From a bacterium (GTDB lineage Bacteria; Patescibacteriota; Saccharimonadia; Saccharimonadales; UBA4665), in assembly GCA_021846445.1 (NCBI GenBank), contig JAJZWY010000001.1, forward strand, positions 23,379-87,378: a stretch of 64,000 nt of DNA, in the 5' to 3' direction. The position numbers were made by a program, and so were the translations under genes. Positions within the stretch are counted from its first letter, which is position 1; each line of letters opens with the position of its first letter. The notes below the pieces were generated by a model, which saw only the letters and a list, made by a program, of their open reading frames with translations, ran no database searches and was not told where the DNA came from. Positions 56,353 to 64,000 of this stretch are shown here, one piece after another.

Positions 56353-57522
56353 TTACCGATTACCTTTTGCACGATTGTGGGTTTTGCACAACATTTCACA
56401 ATTCTTTGCCGAAGTAGCACCGCCCTTACTCCATGCTGACACATGGTCGGCTTCCATTTCGCCAAAACTCCAAATTTTTTCCTTGTTAGCATCATGCCCA
56501 ACGGCGCAAAGTGAGCAATTTGATTTCTCTTTAGCTTCTGCTTCTTTAGTTTGTTTTGCGTAAACGGATCGTTTGGTCGCCTCATCAAAAACTCGAACAT
56601 CTAGCAATTTCGTGTCTTTTTCTCCACCAAGAATGTATTCAAAAATACCTCTGCGATTCTTGATATACGGGTCGCCATAGAGCTTATGTACCTCGGCTGA
56701 TATTTTGGCTGGGTTATATGATTTTTTGTGATACTCCTCATAAAGTCGTCCCCATTCAAGCCCGCGCATTTCGCTTTCTACGTCAGTAAATACGCTAGAT
56801 ACCCAGTCAATGACTGTGTTGAAATATTTTTTCAACTCATCAATGTTTTTGTCCTTACGATGTTTACTCATGTAATCGCCAATATTGCCCTTGCTTACCC
56901 AATCAAGAGCGCATTCCAAAAATTCCTGTCGGTTCGCACTGCCTGAAACATATGCACTCCATTTTTGAATGTTGGCGTTTTGGCTATTACTAAATTCTTC
57001 TTTGGCCTTAGTTACGAATGGACCAGAATACACAGCGTTGAGTAATTCCTGATTATTTAACGGAACACCTGCAATATTTATAGTCTTGAACCACTCTTTT
57101 ATTTGGCTCTCTGTGCCTTCGCACTCATAAATGAGTAGTTTCGTTTCCAAAATCTTGGTTTGTTTGTCTTTCGCCATACCGCCAAAGTATTGCTCCATGC
57201 CATTTTCGTCTTTAATGGCAAATTTGTCAGTGATAAATCGTCCAAGACTGGTGATGCGCTGTTGTCCGTCTAAAACTTCTAGGTTGTCGGCTGAAACTTT
57301 ATTGAAGTAGATCAATCCGATTGGGTATCCTTTGAGGACTGATTCGATAACGGTCATTTCTCTTTTACCGCCGTCAGACGCATAAATATAATTTCGTTGA
57401 TACTCTGGTTGAATAGTGAGCTTGCCAGACAAGCCAAACAAACCCTTGCCTTCAAGTTCGTTATAGACAAACCCATCACAGATTTCTTGAACAGTTATAC
57501 TGGTTTTTAGAATTGTTTTCAT
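56353..57522 (-). CDS. DUF262 (ParB-like NTPase) protein fused to a C-terminal HNH nuclease
   Basis: [14 protein letters not shown] (DGQQR motif) and C-terminal CSLC...[12 protein letters not shown]...[14 protein letters not shown] (HNH). The start was moved to ATG 57522, which is 1 nt after the MTase TGA and is preceded by AGGA. Confidence 0.8.
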   Translation of the reverse strand: MKTILKTSITVQEICDGFVYNELEGKGLFGLSGKLTIQPEYQRNYIYASDGGKREMTVIESVLKGYPIGLIYFNKVSADNLEVLDGQQRITSLGRFITDKFAIKDENGMEQYFGGMAKDKQTKILETKLLIYECEGTESQIKEWFKTINIAGVPLNNQELLNAVYSGPFVTKAKEEFSNSQNANIQKWSAYVSGSANRQEFLECALDWVSKGNIGDYMSKHRKDKNIDELKKYFNTVIDWVSSVFTDVESEMRGLEWGRLYEEYHKKSYNPAKISAEVHKLYGDPYIKNRRGIFEYILGGEKDTKLLDVRVFDEATKRSVYAKQTKEAEAKEKSNCSLCAVGHDANKEKIWSFGEMEADHVSAWSKGGATSAKNCEMLCKTHNRAKGNR

Positions 57523-57523
57523 A

Positions 57524-58633
57524 TCATTTTTTCCTGTGTTTAATAAATAACCTTTTGTAGACTTCTTTCCCATTCAAATAAGAACCTTTGCCGTATATTT
57601 TATTCGGGTCTTGGTCTACTCCACGATTTGAGCCTAAAATTTCAAATTGATCTGGGTTGTAATTATCTAAAAAACTAACTGGTACGCCCATCATACCCTT
57701 GTAATCACTTGGTATGTTTTTGACCAACGAAACCTCTATCGCATTATAGTTATCGTATTTCTCAAAAGGTTTTTTCGTTGTGAACTTTATCACTTCTTTT
57801 TCGGTCATGAGTTGAAGCGGTTCGTGACGGCGGCCATGATCGATATTTGTAAACCAACGAATGCCTTGTACTCGTGTTATATAAACTTTCTTTCCACTTT
57901 CGTTAGTCTTTACCTCGCGCACCTGTTCCAAATTGGCAATTTTTTCTGGTATCTCAAAAAACATCGCACCAGCATTGACCTTGTAGTTATTGCCCAACCA
58001 AACTTTGTTATCTCTAAGCAATGGAAATACTTCTTTGTAGGTAATTGCGTTCATGTTGCCAATAATCAAAAACTTTTTACCAAAATCAACAAGTTGTTTT
58101 ATGTACTCACGGAAAAGACTAAATGGAGGATTGGTTACCACAATGTCAGATTGTTTGAGTAGGTCAACGGACTCCTCGCTACGAAAATCACCATCGCCTT
58201 CGAGCGGTGTCCATTCGTTGTGTTTGTTTGTTCTTAACTGCTTGGCAACGTCTTTAAGATTAAACTCGCCATCGCCGTCTACGTCTTTTACTTTATTGAT
58301 AATAAATTTGTTGGCGGTTATTTTTGGACGACCCTTTACCTTCGTGATGGTTTTATCATCGCCAAATAATTGTAGTTGCGTGTTTGCGACAGGCGATGGC
58401 TTGTAGCTCGTCGTTATGAGTCGTTTTAATCTAAGTTTATTGAAATTTAGAACGAAATAACGAAAGAAATTGCTTTCAAACGGATCGTCGCAGTTGCAAT
58501 ACACCACTTTGCCTCGGAATACATTAGGGTCGTATTCCAAATACGCCTCAATTTCTTTTTGAATATCGCTATATTGAGTATAAAACTCGTCGTTTTTTAC
58601 CTTTTTTGCGTTTGTAAGAAATTCGTTCGCCAT
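57524..58633 (-). CDS. N6-adenine DNA methyltransferase, EcoRI-methylase-like family
   Basis: Motif [10 protein letters not shown], plus N-terminal KNDEFYTQ and [12 protein letters not shown] regions typical of this family. Confidence 0.75.
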   Translation of the reverse strand: MANEFLTNAKKVKNDEFYTQYSDIQKEIEAYLEYDPNVFRGKVVYCNCDDPFESNFFRYFVLNFNKLRLKRLITTSYKPSPVANTQLQLFGDDKTITKVKGRPKITANKFIINKVKDVDGDGEFNLKDVAKQLRTNKHNEWTPLEGDGDFRSEESVDLLKQSDIVVTNPPFSLFREYIKQLVDFGKKFLIIGNMNAITYKEVFPLLRDNKVWLGNNYKVNAGAMFFEIPEKIANLEQVREVKTNESGKKVYITRVQGIRWFTNIDHGRRHEPLQLMTEKEVIKFTTKKPFEKYDNYNAIEVSLVKNIPSDYKGMMGVPVSFLDNYNPDQFEILGSNRGVDQDPNKIYGKGSYLNGKEVYKRLFIKHRKK

Positions 58634-58635
58634 AG

Positions 58636-58848
58636 TTATTTCAAAAGCTCGTCGCTTGATACTCCCAACGCTTGGGCTATTTTTTCAATGGTGGCAAGCG
58701 TAGGATTGCCTTTGCCCGCTTCAATATTGCTCATTTGAGCACGGTCAAGCCCGACCGCGCGACAAATGTCGCCTTGCGACATTTCCTTTTGCTCGCGTAT
58801 ACGCTTGATGTTTTTACCAAGTTTGGATGTTGGGGTTTTCATATTCAC
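58636..58848 (-). CDS. XRE-family HTH regulator in controller (C-protein) position
   Basis: 70 aa. LGKNIKRIREQKEMSQGDICRAVGLDRAQMSNIEAGKGNPTLATIEKIAQALGV is a canonical Cro/C1 HTH. It lies 2 nt upstream of the MTase gene. Confidence 0.8.
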   Translation of the reverse strand: MNMKTPTSKLGKNIKRIREQKEMSQGDICRAVGLDRAQMSNIEAGKGNPTLATIEKIAQALGVSSDELLK

Positions 58849-58969
58849 AGATGTATTCTAGCAAAATATTGTGTTGTATGACAATAATGTGATATATTAC
58901 AAGTATGTTGAATTTGAAGCGGCGGCAGCAAAACCAAAAATTTCCTTCCTTTCAAATTTTCCGCTTCGC

Positions 58970-58993
58970 GGCGGAGAGAGTGGGATTCGAACC
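58970..58993 (-). repeat. Partial duplicate of the tRNA-Ser(GGA) 3' end (att-like direct repeat)
   Basis: ggcggagagagTgggattcgaacc versus 60534-60557 ggcggagagagAgggattcgaacc. 23 of 24 nt are identical in the same orientation. Confidence 0.8.
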
Positions 58994-59046
58994 AATAATT
59001 ACATGCATCACTTTAACTACCATACAATTAAATTAATGGGGATATG

Positions 59047-59075
59047 TTGACAATAATGTCGCAGTTTGATACTAT
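59047..59075 (+). promoter_or_regulatory. Putative abiE promoter
   Basis: TTGACA (59047-59052), a 17-nt spacer, then TACTAT (59070-59075), ending 21 nt upstream of the abiEi ATG. Confidence 0.45.
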
Positions 59076-59096
59076 ATACAGTAGGAAAACTACCCT

Positions 59097-59681
59097 ATGC
59101 GTAACCAAACCAATATAGAAAAACTGATCACCAGTGGTAAAAAAGTTTTTACGACAGATGATCTAGCTGTCATTTGGGAAATTTCTGATAGAAAAAAACT
59201 TATAGGGCGCATTAAACACTATTTAAGACAACAAAGGCTTATACATGTCTATAAAGGCATTTACGCCTACGGAGACTACTCGGCCATGGATGTTGCCCAA
59301 AAGTTGGTACCTATGTCCTACATATCACTGTACACCTCGAGCCAGATACATGGTCTGACATTTCAATATTATCCAACTATATTTTGCATCTCACTCAAAA
59401 GCAAAAAATATGATATAGATGACCAAACTTATGAGTACCACAAAGTAAAAGAGGCTATATTCTTCAATAGTATGGGCTTAACCGAGGAAAATGGTTATAT
59501 TCTCTCAAATAAAGAACGCACCGTCTGCGATCTTCTGTACGTATTCCCTCATTTTGCTTTCGATAACTTGAGGGGTATAGATACAAATAAGCTCCGAGAG
59601 ATCTCCTATATTTACGAGAATAAACGGCTGGAGAATGATGTTTCTAAACTGATTAATATCATTGAAAGCGAGAATGAATAA
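59097..59681 (+). CDS. abiEi: AbiEi-family antitoxin/transcriptional regulator (type IV TA)
   Basis: About 190 aa with a winged-helix-like N-terminus (FTTDDLAVIW). It overlaps the downstream AbiEii-type nucleotidyltransferase gene, which is the canonical arrangement. Confidence 0.65.
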   Translation: MRNQTNIEKLITSGKKVFTTDDLAVIWEISDRKKLIGRIKHYLRQQRLIHVYKGIYAYGDYSAMDVAQKLVPMSYISLYTSSQIHGLTFQYYPTIFCISLKSKKYDIDDQTYEYHKVKEAIFFNSMGLTEENGYILSNKERTVCDLLYVFPHFAFDNLRGIDTNKLREISYIYENKRLENDVSKLINIIESENE

Positions 59682-60360
59682 AATGATAAACAGACAAAAG
59701 CATGAACAAATACTAAAAAGTATCTTGCGAGATATCTACACTAACCCAAGTCTCCAAGCTTCATTAGCTTTCAATGGAGGTACTTGTTTATATATATTTT
59801 ATGGGCTGGACAGATTCTCTGTGGATCTAGACTTTAATTTACGCTCCGATAAATTTGACTCAGACAAGCTCAATGGGATTATTCAAAAATATATCCAAGT
59901 AACAGACAGGTCTAACAAGCATTACACTTGGTTTTGGCTAGGTGGCTATGAAAAGACTCTCCAGAAAATAAAAGTTGAGGTGAGTAAAAGAGATTTTCCT
60001 GACAGATATATAAACAAAGACTTTTACGGATTGACCGTCTCTATATTGGAATCTAGTTGTATGTTTGCCCATAAATTATGTGCAATTACAGATAGAAAGA
60101 AAATACAAAACAGGGATCTATATGATGCTCACTTTATGTTCAATAAACAGTTTGACATTAATGAAGAGATTATTAAGTTACGAACCGGAAAAACGACTAA
60201 GGAGTATTTTAAAGAGTTAGTAACGTTTCTGGAAAAAGAGGTTACTGACAACAATATACTTGAAGGTCTTGGTGAACTATTGAGTGAACAGCAAAAGAAA
60301 AGTGTTCGTGCAACACTGAAAAGAGATCTTTTGTTTGATCTAAAAAGCCGACTCTATTAA
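59674..60360 (+). CDS. abiEii: AbiEii/AbiGii-family nucleotidyltransferase toxin (DUF1814)
   Basis: LAFNGGTCLYIFYGLDRFSVDLDFNL matches the F.GGT.L...RFS.DLDF core. ATG 59674 overlaps the abiEi stop (ATGAATAA). The ORF track opens at TTG 59662. Confidence 0.78.
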   Translation: MNKMINRQKHEQILKSILRDIYTNPSLQASLAFNGGTCLYIFYGLDRFSVDLDFNLRSDKFDSDKLNGIIQKYIQVTDRSNKHYTWFWLGGYEKTLQKIKVEVSKRDFPDRYINKDFYGLTVSILESSCMFAHKLCAITDRKKIQNRDLYDAHFMFNKQFDINEEIIKLRTGKTTKEYFKELVTFLEKEVTDNNILEGLGELLSEQQKKSVRATLKRDLLFDLKSRLY

Positions 60361-60444
60361 CTTAACTAGTAAAAATTCCAAAGCTTTGGGCTTTTCAGGG
60401 CTAAATTCGCAGTTCCAGACCAAGGTGGGGTTAGCTAAAAAAGT

Positions 60445-60472
60445 AAGCTCTTGAGACAAAAAGAGAGCTTTT
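60445..60472 (+). terminator. Possible intrinsic terminator after abiEii
   Basis: AAGCTCTT, a 10-nt loop, then GAGAGCTT followed by TT; 8 bp including one G-U pair. Confidence 0.35.
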
Positions 60473-60532
60473 GACAAGCTTTTTCTACCTATTTCATAGT
60501 CTTGACTTCTGTAAAAAGTTCCATAATCTATC

Positions 60533-60623
60533 TGGCGGAGAGAGAGGGATTCGAACCCTCGAGAGTCGTAAAACTCTACACGCTTTCCAAGCGTGCGCCA
60601 TAGGCCAACTAGGCGACCTCTCC
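60533..60623 (-). tRNA. tRNA-Ser (anticodon GGA), type II, CCA encoded
   Basis: The reverse complement folds with acceptor GGAGAGG/TCTCTCC, anticodon stem CACGC/GCGTG with loop TTGGAAA, an 18-nt variable arm, and T-arm GAGGG-TTCGAAT-CCCTC. Confidence 0.9.
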
Positions 60624-60732
60624 AAGTGCACTACCTTATATTTTACTGTAATTTAGTTGAATAAAAAATAAAAATTACTACAAAATTACCTTGTTATTCT
60701 ATCAATAAAAAGTTTAAACTATATCTTATAAT

Positions 60733-61602
60733 ATGTCATTAATTAAACTTCAGAACATCTCTAAAATTTATGGTTTTGGAGATGCGACTACCATTGCACT
60801 TGATGAAATTGACCTAAAAATCGAAAAAGGTGAATTTGTTGCTGTGATGGGACCGAGTGGATCCGGAAAAAGCACATTGATGAATATAATCGGTTTATTA
60901 GACCGTCCGACCATAGGTAATTATTTGTTTGAAGGAAAATATGTTTCTAGAATTAGATCAGATAGAGCTGCTAAGCTAAGGAGAGATTCGGTTGGTTTTA
61001 TTTTCCAGTCTTTTAACCTTTTAAATAGATTAACAGTGCTTGAAAATGTTTCTTTGCCCTTAATCTACAAGGGCTACGGCCAGTACAAGCGTTATAAGTT
61101 GGCGGGTAATATATTAGAAAGAGTTGGAATTAAAAATAGAGAGTATTTTTACCCAAATCAATTGAGTGGAGGTCAAGCTCAATGTGCAGCAATCGCTAGA
61201 GCTTTAATTAATAATCCGAAATTAATAATTGCTGATGAGCCGACCGGAAATTTAGATAGTGCCGGAAGTCGCTTAATTATGGAAATTTTAAGTGATATCC
61301 ATTCTATGGGAAACACTATTATATTTGTGACCCATAATCCCGAACTTACCCGTTATGCTACTAGAGTAGTTTATATGCACGATGGGAATATTATTTATGA
61401 CGAAAAAACGGCTGTTGGAAGAGTTGCCAAAAGGGCTAGGAAGACTTTATATACGATTCCTACAAAAACAATCGATGATGATTTAGAGGGTATTTCAACC
61501 TTAATGAAAGCAATACCACAACCAAATATTAGGCCGACTAAAAAGACAAAGAAAAGTCAAAAATATTCTAAAAAAGTAAATAAGAGAAGGCTTAAAAAAT
61601 GA
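60733..61602 (+). CDS. ABC transporter ATP-binding protein (MacB/LolD-type) with a Lys-rich C-terminal tail
   Basis: Walker A GPSGSGKST, signature LSGGQ and Walker B IIADEPTGNLD. The tail is RPTKKTKKSQKYSKKVNKRRLKK. Confidence 0.9.
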   Translation: MSLIKLQNISKIYGFGDATTIALDEIDLKIEKGEFVAVMGPSGSGKSTLMNIIGLLDRPTIGNYLFEGKYVSRIRSDRAAKLRRDSVGFIFQSFNLLNRLTVLENVSLPLIYKGYGQYKRYKLAGNILERVGIKNREYFYPNQLSGGQAQCAAIARALINNPKLIIADEPTGNLDSAGSRLIMEILSDIHSMGNTIIFVTHNPELTRYATRVVYMHDGNIIYDEKTAVGRVAKRARKTLYTIPTKTIDDDLEGISTLMKAIPQPNIRPTKKTKKSQKYSKKVNKRRLKK

Positions 61603-62828
61603 ATTTAATTAAAGGTTCTTATTTTAAGAATGCATTTGTAACTATTCGGAATGCAAAATTGAGAAATTTTTGGACTATTCTAGGTGTAATTATTGGTGTT
61701 ACTTCTTTTATCTTAGTTGTTGGGATTTCAGAGGGAATAAAGCTTCAAATTGCTACTCAGGTTAATCAATATGGAAAAGATATAATTACAGTGAGACCTT
61801 CTTTAGTTCAAGTATCAGGATCCAGTCTAGATAGTCTTTCTTTGCTCACTGGGGTAAATGTGTCTGGTTCATTATCTAGAAATGATCTTAAAATAATAGA
61901 AGGAAGTAAGGATGTTTCTTCAGTAGTCCCAGAAAGCGTTATGAGTGCAAAAATAGTTGGAACTCAAGGTAGTTATAGAAACGGTCTTGTAATTGGTACG
62001 ACTCCTAATTTTCTGAGTTTTTTAAATCAGAGTTTATCTTATGGTTCATTTTTGAACTCTAATGTAAGCTCGAATCAAGTTGTAGTAGGAAGTTCTGCTG
62101 CCGGAGAACTTTTTAATGTGGATGTGCCCTTGGGACAAACAGTTATGATCAACAATCAACCATTTGTTGTTGAAGGAATACTAAATCCCTTCCCTTCAAC
62201 GCCACTTAGCAGTGGATCTGAATTCAATAAAGCTCTTTTTATAACCTATAATCAAGCTATGGAAATGACCAATAATACAATAACAACTTATCAGATTATG
62301 GCTAAACCATCAAAACCCAATTTATTAGATCAAGCTAAGGGACATATTTATAATAATTTGCTTCAAAGCCACAACGGACAAAATAATTTTGAAGTATTAG
62401 ATCAAACTCAAAGTGCTAACTCTACTACTGGTGTACTCAAATTAATTAACAAGTTAATTATTGGACTATCGATTATATCTTTAACCGTTGGCGGTATAGG
62501 TATTATGAACGTTATGTTAGTATCGGTAACCGAGAGATATCATGAGATTGGAATACGTAAAGCCTTGGGGGCAACAAATAGACAAATATTGAATCAATTT
62601 TTAATTGAATCAACTACTTTATCTACCATTGGAGGATTGATTGGTATTATTTTAGCATATGTCATTGATTTAGTTATGAGAATGTTTACCAATATTCAGC
62701 CCTCTATATCTTGGCAAATAGTTGCCTTAGCATTTGGAGCATCGTTAATAGTTGGGGTCGTATTCGGAAGTTTACCTGCTCTAAAAGCAGCTAAAAAAGC
62801 TCCGATTGATGCTCTAAGAAGTGAATAA
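61599..62828 (+). CDS. ABC transporter permease (MacB_PCD plus FtsX domains)
   Basis: N-terminal TM, a large periplasmic-type domain, and a C-terminal FtsX core (GIGIMNVMLVSVTERYHEIGIRKALGA). It overlaps the ATPase gene by 4 nt. Confidence 0.85.
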   Translation: MNLIKGSYFKNAFVTIRNAKLRNFWTILGVIIGVTSFILVVGISEGIKLQIATQVNQYGKDIITVRPSLVQVSGSSLDSLSLLTGVNVSGSLSRNDLKIIEGSKDVSSVVPESVMSAKIVGTQGSYRNGLVIGTTPNFLSFLNQSLSYGSFLNSNVSSNQVVVGSSAAGELFNVDVPLGQTVMINNQPFVVEGILNPFPSTPLSSGSEFNKALFITYNQAMEMTNNTITTYQIMAKPSKPNLLDQAKGHIYNNLLQSHNGQNNFEVLDQTQSANSTTGVLKLINKLIIGLSIISLTVGGIGIMNVMLVSVTERYHEIGIRKALGATNRQILNQFLIESTTLSTIGGLIGIILAYVIDLVMRMFTNIQPSISWQIVALAFGASLIVGVVFGSLPALKAAKKAPIDALRSE

Positions 62829-62831
62829 TTT

Positions 62832-63437
62832 TTAGATATATTTACCGAAAAAATACCAAAAATGTTTAAGTATCAACATTGCTATTAATAGCAACCAGAT
62901 AATCACAATTTCAAGGTGATGTCTCCTTAAGAATTGGTAAAATGGTTGACATTTTTTGGTTATCTTTATGAATCCTGAGTCAATGTTATAAAAAGTTACG
63001 TATACAAAAGTTATGATTGTGATAACCCAAATTGACATACAATAGGGGCAAAGCGCGTTAATTCTGTAAACGCTCTCAAAAAAAAGCCAATGAACAAAAC
63101 CTATTCCTAGGATTGTCCCAAATTCAAGACCGATCCAGAACCACCTTTTAAAGGTAGCACCAGCTAGTATGGCTACCCCTATCGTTAATAGTGATCCAAA
63201 GGTAGCTAATCCAATGTATGGATTCGGTATTCCAAGAGCACTTCCCTCTTTCGATTGCATAACGTTTCCACAACTAACTATAGGGTTTAGGTCACAGATT
63301 GGTTTATAATTCGGATTTTGAATGATTTTGATTTGGTCGTAAGATAATGAAAACGCACCAAAAAGACCAACGATAGCTGAAACGATTAAGATATAAGGTA
63401 GAGCATTAGGAATTGTCCATTTCTTTAATAAATTCAT
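62832..63437 (-). CDS. Vitamin K epoxide reductase (VKOR) family membrane protein
   Basis: Loop cysteines CDLNPIVSC, active-site CPYC, and 4-5 TM helices. Confidence 0.75.
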   Translation of the reverse strand: MNLLKKWTIPNALPYILIVSAIVGLFGAFSLSYDQIKIIQNPNYKPICDLNPIVSCGNVMQSKEGSALGIPNPYIGLATFGSLLTIGVAILAGATFKRWFWIGLEFGTILGIGFVHWLFFESVYRINALCPYCMSIWVITIITFVYVTFYNIDSGFIKITKKCQPFYQFLRRHHLEIVIIWLLLIAMLILKHFWYFFGKYI

Positions 63438-63458
63438 AGTCTTATTCTAGCATAGTTA

Positions 63459-64000
63459 TTATTCTGCACATTGGTTTGAGGTTACTTTAGATGGGTATTT
63501 TAGAGCATACTCTAGAGGTTTTACGATTTGATTAGCACTGAGTGCATAGCCAACATTATTATAAGAAGTAGATTTTGCGAAAATTATCCCAACGACTTGA
63601 CCTTGTTGATTTATTAGAGGTCCACCTGAATTCCCGGGCATGACATCGGCTTTCAGCTCATAGACACTTCTTGAAGTATTTCCTTGTCCAAAAATATTTA
63701 ATCCGTAAGCTTGAATCTCGGCTAGAACTAAGGAAGGTTTAATAGATAATGGACCACCTCCAGGGTAGCCAAGAAACGCTGTTGGTGAATCGTTGTTTAG
63801 GGTATTACTATCAATAACTAAAGGTTTGTCGGTAAGATTTGACAATCTGAGTATGGCAAAATCTAAATTTGGATTAAAGTAAATTGGTGTTGCCCGGGTG
63901 CTACCATTATTATCATAGACAAATATTTTATTGACTCCGGCAATAACATGAGCATTGGTTGCAACTAAGTTCGGCCCTATAACGAATCCCGATCCTTCAA
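63459..64000 (-). CDS. Trypsin-like (S1/HtrA-type) serine protease, 5' end beyond the window
   Basis: Upstream of the listed TTG, the same frame continues as GSGFVIGPNLVATNAHVIAG (His) and DFAILRL (Asp). GNSGGPL provides the Ser. Confidence 0.78.
   Translation of the reverse strand, partial: EGSGFVIGPNLVATNAHVIAGVNKIFVYDNNGSTRATPIYFNPNLDFAILRLSNLTDKPLVIDSNTLNNDSPTAFLGYPGGGPLSIKPSLVLAEIQAYGLNIFGQGNTSRSVYELKADVMPGNSGGPLINQQGQVVGIIFAKSTSYNNVGYALSANQIVKPLEYALKYPSKVTSNQCAE

Larger units (their letters stand above)
54219..60532. mobile_element. Composite genomic-island remnant adjacent to tRNA-Ser(GGA); no integrase in the window
   Basis: It is bounded on the right by the tRNA 3' end (60533). An internal 23/24-nt copy of that end lies at 58970-58993. 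A possible decayed outer copy (TCTGGCGG...TTCGAA) lies at 54217-54246, where AT-rich host-like DNA switches to GC-rich DNA. The contents are defence-type genes. Confidence 0.5.

Noticed and set aside
56298-56600. 100-aa ORF, together with 56375-56563, 57812-58162, 58053-58406 and 58672-58881, lying inside the defence operon
   Set aside because: All are out-of-frame or antisense shadows of genes with strong motif support (helicase, DUF262-HNH, MTase, XRE). Their translations are low-complexity with no motifs.
60471-60656. 61-aa plus-strand ORF
   Set aside because: It is almost entirely the reverse complement of tRNA-Ser(GGA) at 60533-60623.

Overview
This is an AT-rich, tightly packed bacterial chromosome segment with about 60 protein genes and 3 tRNAs. 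I saw no rRNA, CRISPR array, transposase or integrase. Several features point, by inference only, to a small-genome Patescibacteria/CPR organism, plausibly Saccharibacteria-like. These are a stripped-down mraZ-rsmH-ftsL-ftsI-mraY-ftsW-murG-ftsQ cluster, sortase/LCP/PEGA/DUF3048 envelope genes, four receiver-only response regulators, a sigma-region-4/HARE-HTH protein and very low GC. Housekeeping genes recognised are an S41 peptidase, pyrG, rpmA, xseAB, recO, glyQS, a PIF1-like helicase, topA, pth, der, an RluB-type pseudouridine synthase, gltX, xth, pyrH, a MacB-type ABC pair, VKOR and a partial S1 protease. Accessory content: (1) A visibly GC-richer island remnant sits next to tRNA-Ser(GGA), at about 54.2-60.5 kb. 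It carries an operon of XRE controller, EcoRI-family m6A methyltransferase, DUF262(ParB-like)-HNH nuclease and UvrD-like helicase, which is the best candidate here for a non-canonical defence system. An AbiEi/AbiEii module follows, separated from that operon by a 23/24-nt copy of the tRNA 3' end. (2) A tRNA-Glu-adjacent islet holds a RelB/RelE-type TA pair and a decayed NUDIX gene. (3) An 816-aa mosaic surface fibre combines collagen triplets, tail-fibre-like repeats, a six-blade Kelch array with 104-bp identical DNA segments, and a lectin-like C-terminus. (4) An orphan, strongly promoted, structured non-coding unit lies between topA and pth. (5) Two-component genes are atypical: a degenerate kinase-like/receiver pair with Glu at the phospho-acceptor site, a receiver fused to a roughly 300-aa acidic repeat tail, and a kinase plus receiver-only regulator co-operonic with NRAMP and an MgtA-like ATPase. 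(6) Phased GTGG(G/A)TA boxes lie upstream of mraZ. All functional calls rest on motif recognition by eye; no database search was run.
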